Position numbers and translations under genes: made by a program. The notes beneath the pieces are model-generated. The model was not told the DNA's origin. It saw only the letters and a list, made by a program, of their open reading frames with translations, and did not search any database. 64,000 nucleotides of DNA, from the sequence record OZ240615.1, one strand, 5' to 3'. Shown here in pieces: positions 9,635-19,425 of this stretch. Position 1 is the first letter of the stretch. Each line of letters opens with the position of its first letter.

Positions 9635-9752
9635 TCTAAAATCCCCTGTACGCCATTCTCAGCGATTGAATAGTATAATCCACCTACTTAGTCACCTAAA
9701 CGATTCAAAGCAGTTAGCGTGAGTTATACTCAGCCATAGGGCTATCAATAGA

Positions 9753-9780
9753 GTGATATATACTTCAAGTCCAATCGAAA
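9753..9780 (-). promoter_or_regulatory. putative early promoter
   Basis: TTTCGA-N14-TATATCAC. Confidence 0.75.
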
Positions 9781-9813
9781 CTAGAGCTAATTCCTCCCTC
9801 AACATTGGCACAG

Positions 9814-9844
9814 ACAGAGGAGAGGGTAGTCCCCTCTCCTCTGT
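9814..9844 (-). terminator. intrinsic terminator after helicase
   Basis: acagaggagaggg-tagt-cccctctcctctgt hairpin. Confidence 0.7.
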
Positions 9845-9857
9845 TATGTTTTAACGG

Positions 9858-11387
9858 TTAAATGATCTGATCTAAATGTGCGGTTCGGGTACTTAACACG
9901 CGTCCTCTGAATAAGGCTTCTTTACTCCGCATGTAATCGAGGTGTTTATCGATATTCATGCAAACAAAGCAGTGATAACTTTGAGGAACCTTTTTCTCCC
10001 CTTTCAATTCACGCAATCGTCCTAGCGCTTGAATGTTTGCGTTCGGTGAATCGATCGCAACAGTTAAATACGCCTGAGTCAGATTGGGAATGTCTACGGC
10101 CGTACCCGATTTACCTATAGTACTAAAGATAATATCTGAGTCGAGAAGAATTTGGTAATCATCACCAGAAGTAAAAGAATTAATCACTAACCCCGGTTGA
10201 CGTTTACGAAAAGTTTCCGTCAAACGTGTACACATCTCTATCGTTGCTGAGAAGATCAATAGCTTGTGTTCAGGTTTCCGAGTACCAAGCCAGTTACTTT
10301 CCGTGTACGAATACAACGCTTCGTGCCATCTTCGCTCTCTTTCTTTATCCGCCATGATCCAAGCTTCATACGTCGTGTGACTGTAAGAACCTTGACCACC
10401 AACCACTTTCGCTTTCTGCCAATCTTTCAAGTTATATTGAACTTTAACCAGATCGACGTAGACGTTGATCTTCCCTCCCTCCTTACGACATCGTTTAGGA
10501 AGGAACGTTTCGTAGATGAATAGTTGGAAATCCATCTTAGCGAAAAGCGTTGCTGTCAGATAGATCTTTTTAGGAACATGAGAATAAAGATCACTGATAA
10601 AGTGTAGATGAGTTTCTTTGTGCGCTTCATCAGTTATGACTAGCCCTATACCAAGAATCTCCCATAAATCGCGAGGGTGTATATCTTCACACCCCGACCC
10701 CACAACTTTTCCGTTACTCCAGTTTTTATAAAAATCCCTTAAGGTTGCAGTGGATATGAATATTGCTTTAACCTTGTCAATCCCTTTGTCTTTCACTTCT
10801 CTGAGCAGCCGGTAGAGTTTAGTACAACCGCAACAGGAACGAACTTCTTCGGGTTTGAGATTGAGTTTCTCGTAGAATTCAGGAATCCATCGATCTTCGT
10901 ACCCGCCTAATGTAACAACAGCAAAACGCGTACCGTTATTTTTAGCCATCGCTAATGAACAGGCGGTCTTACCAAAACCGGCTTGAGCAGTGATAACTTT
11001 TTGAATCCCTGGCTCCGAACCAAAATCGATAATGGGAACTTGGTTTTCCCAAGGCGTGAATTCCATTTCGAATTCTACCTTGACAGGCTCGAACATGGGG
11101 ACGTCTATGATCTCAACTTCGCACCCGTTCCATTGGTATTTTTCCGCCTCTTTTAAGAACCGTTCCAGTGCGTTGATGTGAAATGAAACGCATTCCGTTT
11201 CGAGATCGCGACGAGCATAAACTTTCGTGGGTTCCATTCGAAAACGCCCGTGTTTCTTTACTAGCGATTTCTCAATAAAATGTTCAGTGAATTGTCGACG
11301 GAATTGTCGACCTTTCGCGGTGGGTGCAAAGACCTCGAAATAATGGCTGTACTTAGTAATACGCAGATCCAATGTCTTAGCCCTCAC
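9858..11387 (-). CDS. SF2 (DExH-box) helicase, phiKZ gp75-like
   Basis: AQAGFGKT, ITDEAH, LTAT, GTAVDIPNL, QALGRLR; syntenic after the nvRNAP genes. Confidence 0.9.
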   Translation of the reverse strand: MRAKTLDLRITKYSHYFEVFAPTAKGRQFRRQFTEHFIEKSLVKKHGRFRMEPTKVYARRDLETECVSFHINALERFLKEAEKYQWNGCEVEIIDVPMFEPVKVEFEMEFTPWENQVPIIDFGSEPGIQKVITAQAGFGKTACSLAMAKNNGTRFAVVTLGGYEDRWIPEFYEKLNLKPEEVRSCCGCTKLYRLLREVKDKGIDKVKAIFISTATLRDFYKNWSNGKVVGSGCEDIHPRDLWEILGIGLVITDEAHKETHLHFISDLYSHVPKKIYLTATLFAKMDFQLFIYETFLPKRCRKEGGKINVYVDLVKVQYNLKDWQKAKVVGGQGSYSHTTYEAWIMADKERERRWHEALYSYTESNWLGTRKPEHKLLIFSATIEMCTRLTETFRKRQPGLVINSFTSGDDYQILLDSDIIFSTIGKSGTAVDIPNLTQAYLTVAIDSPNANIQALGRLRELKGEKKVPQSYHCFVCMNIDKHLDYMRSKEALFRGRVLSTRTAHLDQII

Positions 11388-11493
11388 AGGTGAATAGTTG
11401 AATCACGTAGATTCTATCGTCTATTTATTGTAGGTGTCTATAGTAAATATCCCTTAAGTTTTTACTGATTGGTTAAATAGAGAACAAAAAAAT

Positions 11494-11519
11494 AAAGAGG
11501 GGACAACCGTCCCCTCTTT
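11494..11519 (-). terminator. intrinsic terminator after nvRNAP operon
   Basis: aaagaggggac-aacc-gtcccctcttt with U-tract on the minus strand. Confidence 0.8.
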
Positions 11520-11528
11520 TCTGTACCC

Positions 11529-13496
11529 TTAGAAACGCCGTTTTTGCATCTCGCTTTCGACATCCAGTAGCAGATGATCAAAAGGATGGTTTTCTTTTAT
11601 CGGGTCATACGAGCCCGGAGAAAGCATATTTTGATACTGCTTCTCGTAAGCACATTTCACCGATAGACTACGTCCGGACATGATATCGGATTTCGTCGCA
11701 AAATATCTTCCGGTACCCTTTTTAGGTAAACGGAAATCGCCGTTCTTCGGATCTCTCGACATCATGGCATAAAGTACAATTTCGACAATCGCCAGGTTGA
11801 CCGAGAATTTACGGTTTGTCATTTCAGAGATGTCTTTCAACGCCATCGCCAGAATATCAGGGTCGGTCAGGTCGTAACGCAACCGTTCCTTCGATTCTTT
11901 ACTGGACATGAAAATGTTGGATTTTAACTCCATCATCATTTCCAGCGTTGAGCTATGACGTTCCGGGAATTTCAGAATACTTTCCGAAGAATCCCAGTTC
12001 TTTAAATCCACCCTGATTTTACGGCCAAAATTCTGGAACCCATAATCTTTCATGTGCTGAATAAACGCCGCAGTCAGATAAGGTTTGTAGGAAGAGTGAC
12101 TTGTCGCAATCAATTCCTCTTTGATCGTTCCTTTCTCATCGCCCTGATGAACAATGATTGTCACGTCCTCTACACCAGAAATACGCATCAGGTCCTGCGG
12201 ACGGAAATCGGTCATCGCATGGATATCGGAAAGACGCGGCAGATAAGCCATATCGATCTCAATTTCCACGTGATTGTTCCAGATGTTTTCCGACAACATC
12301 AATTCCGAGATATCTGATGCGTTAACCATATAGTCCTTGTAGAAGGGATCAATTTCAAACCCTTCCGATTCCGCTGAGCGCAATAAGTGCTTAGTGGAAA
12401 TAACGTCCTGTGAAACTTTTTCGTTCTGGGTAACTGTCGCAGCGTGACCGAGGTTCGTCCCTTTTTGAACCGAACGCCCCAGTTGCCCCATACAAGTTGT
12501 ACAGACTACCCCGTCATCCGGATGCCAACAACTAGCGACGTTCCTTAACTGGATAGTTTTACCCACCAGGAAAGTATCCCCCGCCTTGATCGCTTTCAAC
12601 TCCCCTTTTTCCGTTACGTAGATTTTCCCCGGAAGAATGTTATCCAGTTCATTCTTTTTCACCGTCCAGGGAATCGTCTCAGTACTCCCACAGTCCCCTT
12701 TCCATATTTCCTTGACAACGTAGGTAAAGAGCTGAAGTTCTCGGTTATAATACTCGGTTTGTTTTACAGGGTCGTCCGTAGCCTGTAACGCTTTCGAAGC
12801 ATCTCGAGAAATCATGGCGAAGAAACTAGCCCGGTGTATCCCTTCAAAGAAGCCCGCATTGACTACGTTAGGGAAAATGGTTTGATCTACTTCAGAGCAA
12901 AGCCCTCGTTTCCCCAGTACCTGATGGAACTGCGCCATCTTGGTTTGCCCAATATGACAGGCCAGCGCCATACTGTTACCGCGTAAGGCGGGGTCAGTTG
13001 CAATGACCCGTGAGATCACGCCGTATGCCCGGTTTACACCAGCCGGCGATGGTTCCATGTCGGCCAATGCATTTTGTATTTCCGGTCGATCGTAGATATC
13101 GAGTAAAGTCAATGCGTCTACCGTGTCAAGATACGCTTCACCTTCCGTAGTAAAAGCATTATGCAAACGGTTATTACCGCGATAGATGGCTGCCTGGATG
13201 TTTTCGATATCTTCATCGGGATAGGTTTCGATAACCGCTTCCTTCATGCGGTTTAAAATCTTAAGCTCTAACCCGGGAGAATCAAAGTCATCCCAGAGAT
13301 GATGACGGATACTGATTTTTGCGTCTGGATAATCACGGAAGACCTCCCAAAAATACCAACTTACGATAGTCTGTGACCAATCCGTTTCAATCTCGCCGTC
13401 GTCGAAGATAAGACGAAAACGGTCAAAGTCATTTTCTTTGGACCAAATTTCCTTTTCTGTCCAATGTGCAATATCTTCAGCCCATTCAACGCGCAT
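11529..13496 (-). CDS. non-virion RNA polymerase beta-prime C-terminal subunit (phiKZ gp74-like)
   Basis: Zn motif C-G-S...CW...VCTTCMG, QDVISTKH trigger-loop region; synteny. Confidence 0.88.
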   Translation of the reverse strand: MRVEWAEDIAHWTEKEIWSKENDFDRFRLIFDDGEIETDWSQTIVSWYFWEVFRDYPDAKISIRHHLWDDFDSPGLELKILNRMKEAVIETYPDEDIENIQAAIYRGNNRLHNAFTTEGEAYLDTVDALTLLDIYDRPEIQNALADMEPSPAGVNRAYGVISRVIATDPALRGNSMALACHIGQTKMAQFHQVLGKRGLCSEVDQTIFPNVVNAGFFEGIHRASFFAMISRDASKALQATDDPVKQTEYYNRELQLFTYVVKEIWKGDCGSTETIPWTVKKNELDNILPGKIYVTEKGELKAIKAGDTFLVGKTIQLRNVASCWHPDDGVVCTTCMGQLGRSVQKGTNLGHAATVTQNEKVSQDVISTKHLLRSAESEGFEIDPFYKDYMVNASDISELMLSENIWNNHVEIEIDMAYLPRLSDIHAMTDFRPQDLMRISGVEDVTIIVHQGDEKGTIKEELIATSHSSYKPYLTAAFIQHMKDYGFQNFGRKIRVDLKNWDSSESILKFPERHSSTLEMMMELKSNIFMSSKESKERLRYDLTDPDILAMALKDISEMTNRKFSVNLAIVEIVLYAMMSRDPKNGDFRLPKKGTGRYFATKSDIMSGRSLSVKCAYEKQYQNMLSPGSYDPIKENHPFDHLLLDVESEMQKRRF

Positions 13497-15769
13497 TACT
13501 CATCCTCTTCTGTCGCATCGCTGTCCTCTTCCGGAATTTCAAATTCATCTTCCAGTTCGGGATCTTCAATATAACCTTCCCCATCCGATTCTGCTACATC
13601 GGAGAAATCGTCTTTGTAGCCCGGTTTACTTCTGGTCGCTGCACGTATTTTTTCCTCCTCTTCTAAGGTAATATTATCCACGTCCATGTACGCCATTTTA
13701 ACCCCGGAGCAATACAGCGTGTTATTAAGGTAATTCAACGCCATGCTGTTACCCAACGGGATTTTCTCTCTGTCGATGCTCTTATCCAAATCCACCGGAT
13801 TTTCAGCAGAGATAATCTTACTCCACATGTACTCCTGAGCTTTCGGATTATTTGCCCGATCCAACATATCCGCTGCCCATTTGCCACCAACGATCCCGAC
13901 GTAGTTACGAATCTCCGATTCACCAAAAAGCCGGAACGGAATCTTACGGAATGGTAAGTTGTACCGCTCACGTCCAGATGGTTTGGTAGGAACCCCATGA
14001 ACCTGGCGTTTGGCAATATCGACCGCACCCCAGTCATGACCCGTTTTCTCTAGCACGATAACTTTGATTTCACCAATCATCGTCGGTTTCGTACTAGTGA
14101 CTCGTTTCCCTAAGTCATTAATCCAGGTGACGTGCTCAACAGGTTCCGGGAAAGCGGCCCGTAAACGCCGACACTGCTCTGCCCCCAGTCCCGGGGTATA
14201 CGGCGGCATATACGCAAAGATTGCGTCTTCCGCTACCGCATCGACATGCTGTTTAATGCGTTCAAAACCCCAGTTTTGCTCGTCGATTTTATCGAGATAA
14301 ACAGGAGTCGCAGCACGATAATAACGTCGAAGTAGTTCGTAACATTCCAGATAGGTTTCTTTGGATCGACTTTCCGCCAACATTGCCCGAATCGGTTTTT
14401 CTACGCGCTGTTCTGCAACGTAATTACAGTACTGCTCGATAAACATACTCGGGTTCATGCGGTTAGCGATACTGAAACCGTCCACAATTAAATCGGCAGT
14501 CGTCCCATCTGCATATTGTGGCATCTCTGCACGCGGTTTCTTCGCACAAATGACCCCTTTCATCCCATAGTCGGTTGACAACTTGTAACCGATGGTTGGC
14601 GTGATATCGTACATGAAAGAAATCTTCACGTAGAGTGTTGGGATACTTTGTTTCTTCATGCGAAAACGTCGTTTCCCTTCTGGGGCAGAAGTGAAAACTA
14701 TGGCGTCGGTAACTAGCCGATGGAGCTTTTTAGACAACGCTGGTTCTTTCCCTTGACCAGCCGAACGACGAAGTTGACGATAGACTTTCACGATACTTTC
14801 CATGTAACGCATTTTGGCTTTCCAGAGTCGAGTTATCGCGTCGTCTTCACCGTATTCACGTCCTGTGAATTCTGGCATCAGATCGAGTTTATCGCCATCG
14901 GACATCCAGAGATCGATGTCTACGACCCGCGCATCTTCTACACCCGCTTCGATGAAATACTTCTCGTCGAAATAATAGTCGTACTCCTGCATTGCAGTAG
15001 GCGTCATTTCTACTGCCCCTAACATATCGTCATATTCGCGCAAGGCCATCAGAAGACCATCTTTACGAATAAGCTCCCCGGGCAGCGGTAAAGGACGATA
15101 CCGTTTATCGTTACCGTAGGTATTGATCGGGTACTTCCCTTTCGGAATGATGATGGTCACTTCCCCAAAGCCAGTGGTCTGATTTTCCTTACACCATTCT
15201 TCAGAGACCAAGAAACCGTCCTCAGTCACCGCGTGGTGACTTTGAAAGGTTGTTTTGGTACGCGTAGAATAGATATAATCCCCTTCTGGCGTTACCCCTG
15301 GAGAACGGTTTAAACGCACCCCTCGCTGTAGAACCTCTCCTGGCCGCATCAGTTTTTGATTCTCTATGACCGGGACAAACTTAAAACCAAAACTGGTGTG
15401 GTGTGAGCAATAGGTGTCGTATTCGAGGTAATCGTACTCCTTCGTTTCGAGGTTTTTAACGATCAAAATTTTCTTCGGGTTTTCCTTGAAACTCTCCTCT
15501 CCACGGCCAACGTCAAATTTATCGATCACAGCGATGACTTCACAAGGGAATTCAGTTTTGCATCCGAACGTATATTTCGCGTATTCCTTTTCTACCCCGA
15601 CAAAGAACCTTGGACGATTGATTCCTTTCGTGATTAATTTCTGTTGAATCTGAGACGCTAACATGACCAAACGCGATGGTGAAGTACACACTGCCCAGGG
15701 ACCAAGATGAGTCGCTGTCCCTATTAAATCAACATCCATTTGATGTTCATTTGCTAACTTTTCTTTCAT
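13496..15769 (-). CDS. non-virion RNA polymerase beta C-terminal subunit (phiKZ gp71-73-like)
   Basis: TSPSRLVM, TEDG, GYKLSTDYGMKGVIC, RMNP, RLFGESE motifs; uninterrupted ORF. Confidence 0.9.
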   Translation of the reverse strand: MKEKLANEHQMDVDLIGTATHLGPWAVCTSPSRLVMLASQIQQKLITKGINRPRFFVGVEKEYAKYTFGCKTEFPCEVIAVIDKFDVGRGEESFKENPKKILIVKNLETKEYDYLEYDTYCSHHTSFGFKFVPVIENQKLMRPGEVLQRGVRLNRSPGVTPEGDYIYSTRTKTTFQSHHAVTEDGFLVSEEWCKENQTTGFGEVTIIIPKGKYPINTYGNDKRYRPLPLPGELIRKDGLLMALREYDDMLGAVEMTPTAMQEYDYYFDEKYFIEAGVEDARVVDIDLWMSDGDKLDLMPEFTGREYGEDDAITRLWKAKMRYMESIVKVYRQLRRSAGQGKEPALSKKLHRLVTDAIVFTSAPEGKRRFRMKKQSIPTLYVKISFMYDITPTIGYKLSTDYGMKGVICAKKPRAEMPQYADGTTADLIVDGFSIANRMNPSMFIEQYCNYVAEQRVEKPIRAMLAESRSKETYLECYELLRRYYRAATPVYLDKIDEQNWGFERIKQHVDAVAEDAIFAYMPPYTPGLGAEQCRRLRAAFPEPVEHVTWINDLGKRVTSTKPTMIGEIKVIVLEKTGHDWGAVDIAKRQVHGVPTKPSGRERYNLPFRKIPFRLFGESEIRNYVGIVGGKWAADMLDRANNPKAQEYMWSKIISAENPVDLDKSIDREKIPLGNSMALNYLNNTLYCSGVKMAYMDVDNITLEEEEKIRAATRSKPGYKDDFSDVAESDGEGYIEDPELEDEFEIPEEDSDATEEDE

Positions 15770-15845
15770 GGCAGAGTAAGCCCCTTTCTTTCACGATAGC
15801 ATAAACGTAAGTCTAGACAAAAGCGTCTAGACCACCCTCATTTAA

Positions 15846-15873
15846 GTGATATATTCATTAACAGTTTTGGAGA
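15846..15873 (-). promoter_or_regulatory. putative early promoter for nvRNAP beta/beta-prime
   Basis: TCTCCA-N14-TATATCAC. Confidence 0.7.
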
Positions 15874-15882
15874 AGACGACTG

Positions 15883-16233
15883 ATGGCTGAACCGCTTGTT
15901 ACTAAACTACGTAACCCGGGACAACCGGCCTACTATACTTTTGGCTGGATTAATTGCGTAGAAGATCACCTTACTTTCTTACAAGACCCAGGAAACGGAG
16001 ATGTTTACCGTCCTACTGGGATGGAAAGGTCTCGATATCAGGGTCGCTTTTATGCCTTTTTACGCGACGTGGCAAAAATGAATCAACCGCAGTATTTTTA
16101 CCCTTATCTCAGGGCCAACAACATGACGTCACCTGACCAATTTGGTGAAAAACATGATTTGTTGATTTTCCCTGACATTAACAAAATAGAACAAATTTAT
16201 ACGCGTTATACTGCGTCCCTTCCAACGCAATAA
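15883..16233 (+). CDS. conserved small chimallivirus protein (possible LysM-like virion/baseplate protein)
   Basis: FYAFLRD...YLRANNMTSPDQF...LLIFPD pattern; family assignment from memory; lone plus-strand gene in the block. Confidence 0.6.
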   Translation: MAEPLVTKLRNPGQPAYYTFGWINCVEDHLTFLQDPGNGDVYRPTGMERSRYQGRFYAFLRDVAKMNQPQYFYPYLRANNMTSPDQFGEKHDLLIFPDINKIEQIYTRYTASLPTQ

Positions 16234-16286
16234 GACCGACTATACTATAGCTTTCTGGCGTGGAAAATGAGGGTTAAGACAAAAAA

Positions 16287-16317
16287 ATAAGAGAAGAGGG
16301 AAAACCTCTTCTCTTAT
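16287..16317. terminator. bidirectional terminator between convergent genes
   Basis: ataagagaagagg-gaaaa-cctcttctcttat. Confidence 0.8.
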
Positions 16318-16325
16318 GCATCGAG

Positions 16326-16565
16326 TCAATTAGGCTCAAAGACGTCCGGAGAATACGTAAGAAAGTTATCTACGTTCTCGACCGGGATTTCCAAAAAGGC
16401 GGCAATTTCTTCACCGGAGTAACCTCGCTCTGCAGCAGAAATAACCAGACGATGAAGATGGTTATCGATAGTGGTGCGAAATAGATTTACTTGCGCCTCA
16501 ACGTCATCAAGAATCAATTTCACACCTAAATCACCACCTTCGTTCCAGGGTCTTTTCATGTTCAC
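16326..16565 (-). CDS. small HTH protein, paralog of 1367..1708
   Basis: AAERGYSGEEIAAFLEIPVENVDNFLTY; probable start ATG at 16559. Confidence 0.7.
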   Translation of the reverse strand: MNMKRPWNEGGDLGVKLILDDVEAQVNLFRTTIDNHLHRLVISAAERGYSGEEIAAFLEIPVENVDNFLTYSPDVFEPN

Positions 16566-16586
16566 CTCTCAATTAAGACAAATAAA

Positions 16587-16614
16587 ATTGAGAGGGCCGT
16601 TAAGCCCTCTCAAT
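16587..16614 (-). terminator. intrinsic terminator after gp70-like gene
   Basis: attgagagggc-N6-gccctctcaat plus U-tract. Confidence 0.75.
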
Positions 16615-16618
16615 GAGA

Positions 16619-17845
16619 CTATCGACGATAACGACCAAAGTCATTACGACCCCGACCAAAAGCACTGCGACGGTCGCTGTAATCGTCACGACGCTCTAAG
16701 AGGGAACGTGGACGAGATTCGCGACGATCATCATCGTAATCGCGGTCGTCTCGATCGCCTAAACGACGCAATAAACTTCCTTCGGTACGACGGTCGTAAT
16801 CACGATCATCACGGCGAATCAGGCTTCGCGGCGCATCACGGTCATCATCGACTGCGCGCAGAACATGTCGACGACCGCTAGAGACTTCACGGCGTTGTTC
16901 CCGTTCTTCACGAACCCGCTCACGGTGCTCTGCTTTTGCCTTTGGTTTAGCCAACTCATCTTCATTGGCTTCACCCTCGTTACCTTCCAGTGGCGGGATG
17001 TCATTACGGTACTCTGACAGTTCCGCCATGTTTTTCACCCAGTTGGTACCGATCAAAAGACCTTTTACTTCTTCAAAATCGTCAATGAAGGTTTTGGTCA
17101 CTTTATTGAGATCAAAGGCCAGATTCGCAAATGACATCATTAACGCATGGAAGTTCGGCGCCACCGAAGATCGACTACCATAGCTATATTCATCGATCGA
17201 TTTGTCGAACTGCGGGAAGATGTGACGAATCAGGTTGAACAGTGCCGCACGATCACGTACACGGAACGTCACGTCGAAGATTTTCTTATCTTCGTTATGT
17301 TCCTGATCAGCGATAGGGAAGGTCGCCACTGCTACACGAGAATACTCCTCTCCTTTCCAGACGCCGCCACGCTTGATGAAGATGTTGATAAACGCATTGT
17401 CGCCTTTAAAGGTCAGCTTTGCTTTCATCAATTTGCGCGTGTCTTCAACGGTGCGCTTGTCAGCGTCCGGGATTAAACGCAGGTAATCTCGCTGCTCAGG
17501 AGTCAACTTTGCGTGTTTATCCGTATCAGCCGCCAATTCCATTAAGAAGCAAATCAGCGTTGTACCAACCTGATACAGACGATTACAAACGCAAAGCGTC
17601 AGACGCTCCAGCACTTCAGATTTCTTACGTTGGGTATTTTCCGAAAGAGGATGGAAGGGAATTGTGTTTTCCCAATCCGGATTTTTCAACCACTCGTCGG
17701 TCGGCAGAACCAACTGACGTTTGTTCATCGTGAACGGCGCTTTCACGCCGACCTCTTCGAAATATACCGCGCCTTTTTCATCGACCTCAAAACCCAGTGC
17801 GGTCATGATCTCGCGATAAATCGTCGTTAACTTTTTCTTACTCAT
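16619..17845 (-). CDS. conserved core protein (phiKZ gp70 position) with R/D-rich C-terminal tail
   Basis: synteny between PicA and nvRNAP; IPFHPLSEN motif; low-complexity tail. Confidence 0.75.
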   Translation of the reverse strand: MSKKKLTTIYREIMTALGFEVDEKGAVYFEEVGVKAPFTMNKRQLVLPTDEWLKNPDWENTIPFHPLSENTQRKKSEVLERLTLCVCNRLYQVGTTLICFLMELAADTDKHAKLTPEQRDYLRLIPDADKRTVEDTRKLMKAKLTFKGDNAFINIFIKRGGVWKGEEYSRVAVATFPIADQEHNEDKKIFDVTFRVRDRAALFNLIRHIFPQFDKSIDEYSYGSRSSVAPNFHALMMSFANLAFDLNKVTKTFIDDFEEVKGLLIGTNWVKNMAELSEYRNDIPPLEGNEGEANEDELAKPKAKAEHRERVREEREQRREVSSGRRHVLRAVDDDRDAPRSLIRRDDRDYDRRTEGSLLRRLGDRDDRDYDDDRRESRPRSLLERRDDYSDRRSAFGRGRNDFGRYRR

Positions 17846-17874
17846 TTCTTTTCCTCAAGGAAAGGGTTATATTC

Positions 17875-19398
17875 TTAGAAACGACTGTTCCCGCCCCAGC
17901 TAAAATTCGACAAAGCATCATCGATCGGTTTATCATCCATGGAGAACTGACTGTCTGCCAGCTCTTGGATAGTTGTCTGGAAATCGTTGGTGATTTTACT
18001 GGCGAGATCGAAATCGTCGGTTTTCTGTGGCGAAATCAGACCATCACAATACATCGGAATAACGTAGAGTTCCTCAGGTTGTCCGTCTAATGAAAGGTTG
18101 ATTTTAATGTCAGTAATTGCAGAACAGTCGATACTGCAAGTGACGATAATATTGCCGTTATGCGAGATCGGGTTTGCGACCTGATACTCAATCAGTTGTC
18201 GCACTGCGCTGATATTCGCGGACACGTTAGCACCGGGAATTAATGGTCTTTCCCCGTAAACCTCAACGTGCATTTCTCCGAGCGGATTATCGTTACTGAA
18301 CACTACCATCGCATCAGAAATGTGGTTAGTCATCAGGATACTGGGGACCGCCTGAGAAATAATACGCACCGCTACTGCCTCTGCGCCAGCGCCGCCCAAA
18401 CTTGCCCCACGACCACGTTCGTAGCTCTGATACCCGCGTTCTTCAACTTGTTTAGGGTTGATAAAACGAGTTACTGGCTCACCATGATACGTCTCAGGCC
18501 AATCTACCATCCTTGCCATATCGCGAAGACGAATGGTCCCTTCCTGATAAAAATCACACTCTTGCAGGAACTGAGTAAACAACGGATTATCTTCCGTTTT
18601 ACTCACGTTAACCGCGCCAGCTGCCAGCTCAGATTTTGACATCTCTTCCCCAGCGAAACTGGAATCCGGGTTCCATGAAGGTTGCTCCATAGTTTCCGCC
18701 AATACCCCTGCTTTCAGTACCGTAGAGATGTAGTCGGAAGCATTGTTCTCACGACGAGAACCCATTTTGATATCACCTACAAGATCTGCGCGAGTGTCGA
18801 TGATCTGATCACCACCGGAGTGATAACGTTGATAGTCGCGGATACCGACATCGTTAAAAATGTCGTGTGGACGAATAAGGCGTTCGCCTTTATCGCGGCG
18901 TAAGCCAACATGACCTTCACCACGACCACGACCACGAATGATATATTCGGAAGATTCGATACGAGGACGCAATACTCGGCCCCGACCCGTATCCAGAATT
19001 GTATCGCGAATAATCACACTGTTGTTGATAAACATCTCCATGTTATCGTCTAAATCCCCGCTGATCGTACTGACGCCGTTATAGTCAGTAAAACCTGTGA
19101 GGACCTGGCGCTGAGTGGTGCCGTTATAGTCCGAGATTAAAAAGGTGATAATAAAACTTAACCGTTTTTCACCCCAACCTCCCGGAATCTCGATCAACGA
19201 CCCACGTTTTGAGGTCATGGAGATAGCGTCATTAACCATGGACGATAATGTAATCGAATTGATATTTTTACCATGGTCTGTCGCTTTAAGAATGCGGTCT
19301 TTAACACCATTATCGAAATGGGTCGTAAATGAACTTCCGTACTGATCGTCGTAGTTAGAAGTAGTAAAGAAGATGGCGCTAATGACAGTTGGTTTCAT
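17875..19398 (-). CDS. picA: phage-nucleus protein importer PicA/Imp1 (phiKZ gp69-like)
   Basis: 507 aa directly downstream of the gp68-like gene; IPGGWGEKRLSF, LTGFTDY motifs; call rests on synteny and recall. Confidence 0.75.
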   Translation of the reverse strand: MKPTVISAIFFTTSNYDDQYGSSFTTHFDNGVKDRILKATDHGKNINSITLSSMVNDAISMTSKRGSLIEIPGGWGEKRLSFIITFLISDYNGTTQRQVLTGFTDYNGVSTISGDLDDNMEMFINNSVIIRDTILDTGRGRVLRPRIESSEYIIRGRGRGEGHVGLRRDKGERLIRPHDIFNDVGIRDYQRYHSGGDQIIDTRADLVGDIKMGSRRENNASDYISTVLKAGVLAETMEQPSWNPDSSFAGEEMSKSELAAGAVNVSKTEDNPLFTQFLQECDFYQEGTIRLRDMARMVDWPETYHGEPVTRFINPKQVEERGYQSYERGRGASLGGAGAEAVAVRIISQAVPSILMTNHISDAMVVFSNDNPLGEMHVEVYGERPLIPGANVSANISAVRQLIEYQVANPISHNGNIIVTCSIDCSAITDIKINLSLDGQPEELYVIPMYCDGLISPQKTDDFDLASKITNDFQTTIQELADSQFSMDDKPIDDALSNFSWGGNSRF

Positions 19399-19425
19399 TT
19401 CAAGGTTCCTTTTCAGTAGTGCGGT

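Noticed and set aside
9700-9740. uORF MAEYNSR in the GNAT leader
   Set aside because: Seven codons with no SD; indistinguishable from chance
16471-16881. His/Asp/Arg-rich plus-strand ORF
   Set aside because: Reverse-frame echo of the R/D repeat tail of the gp70-like gene
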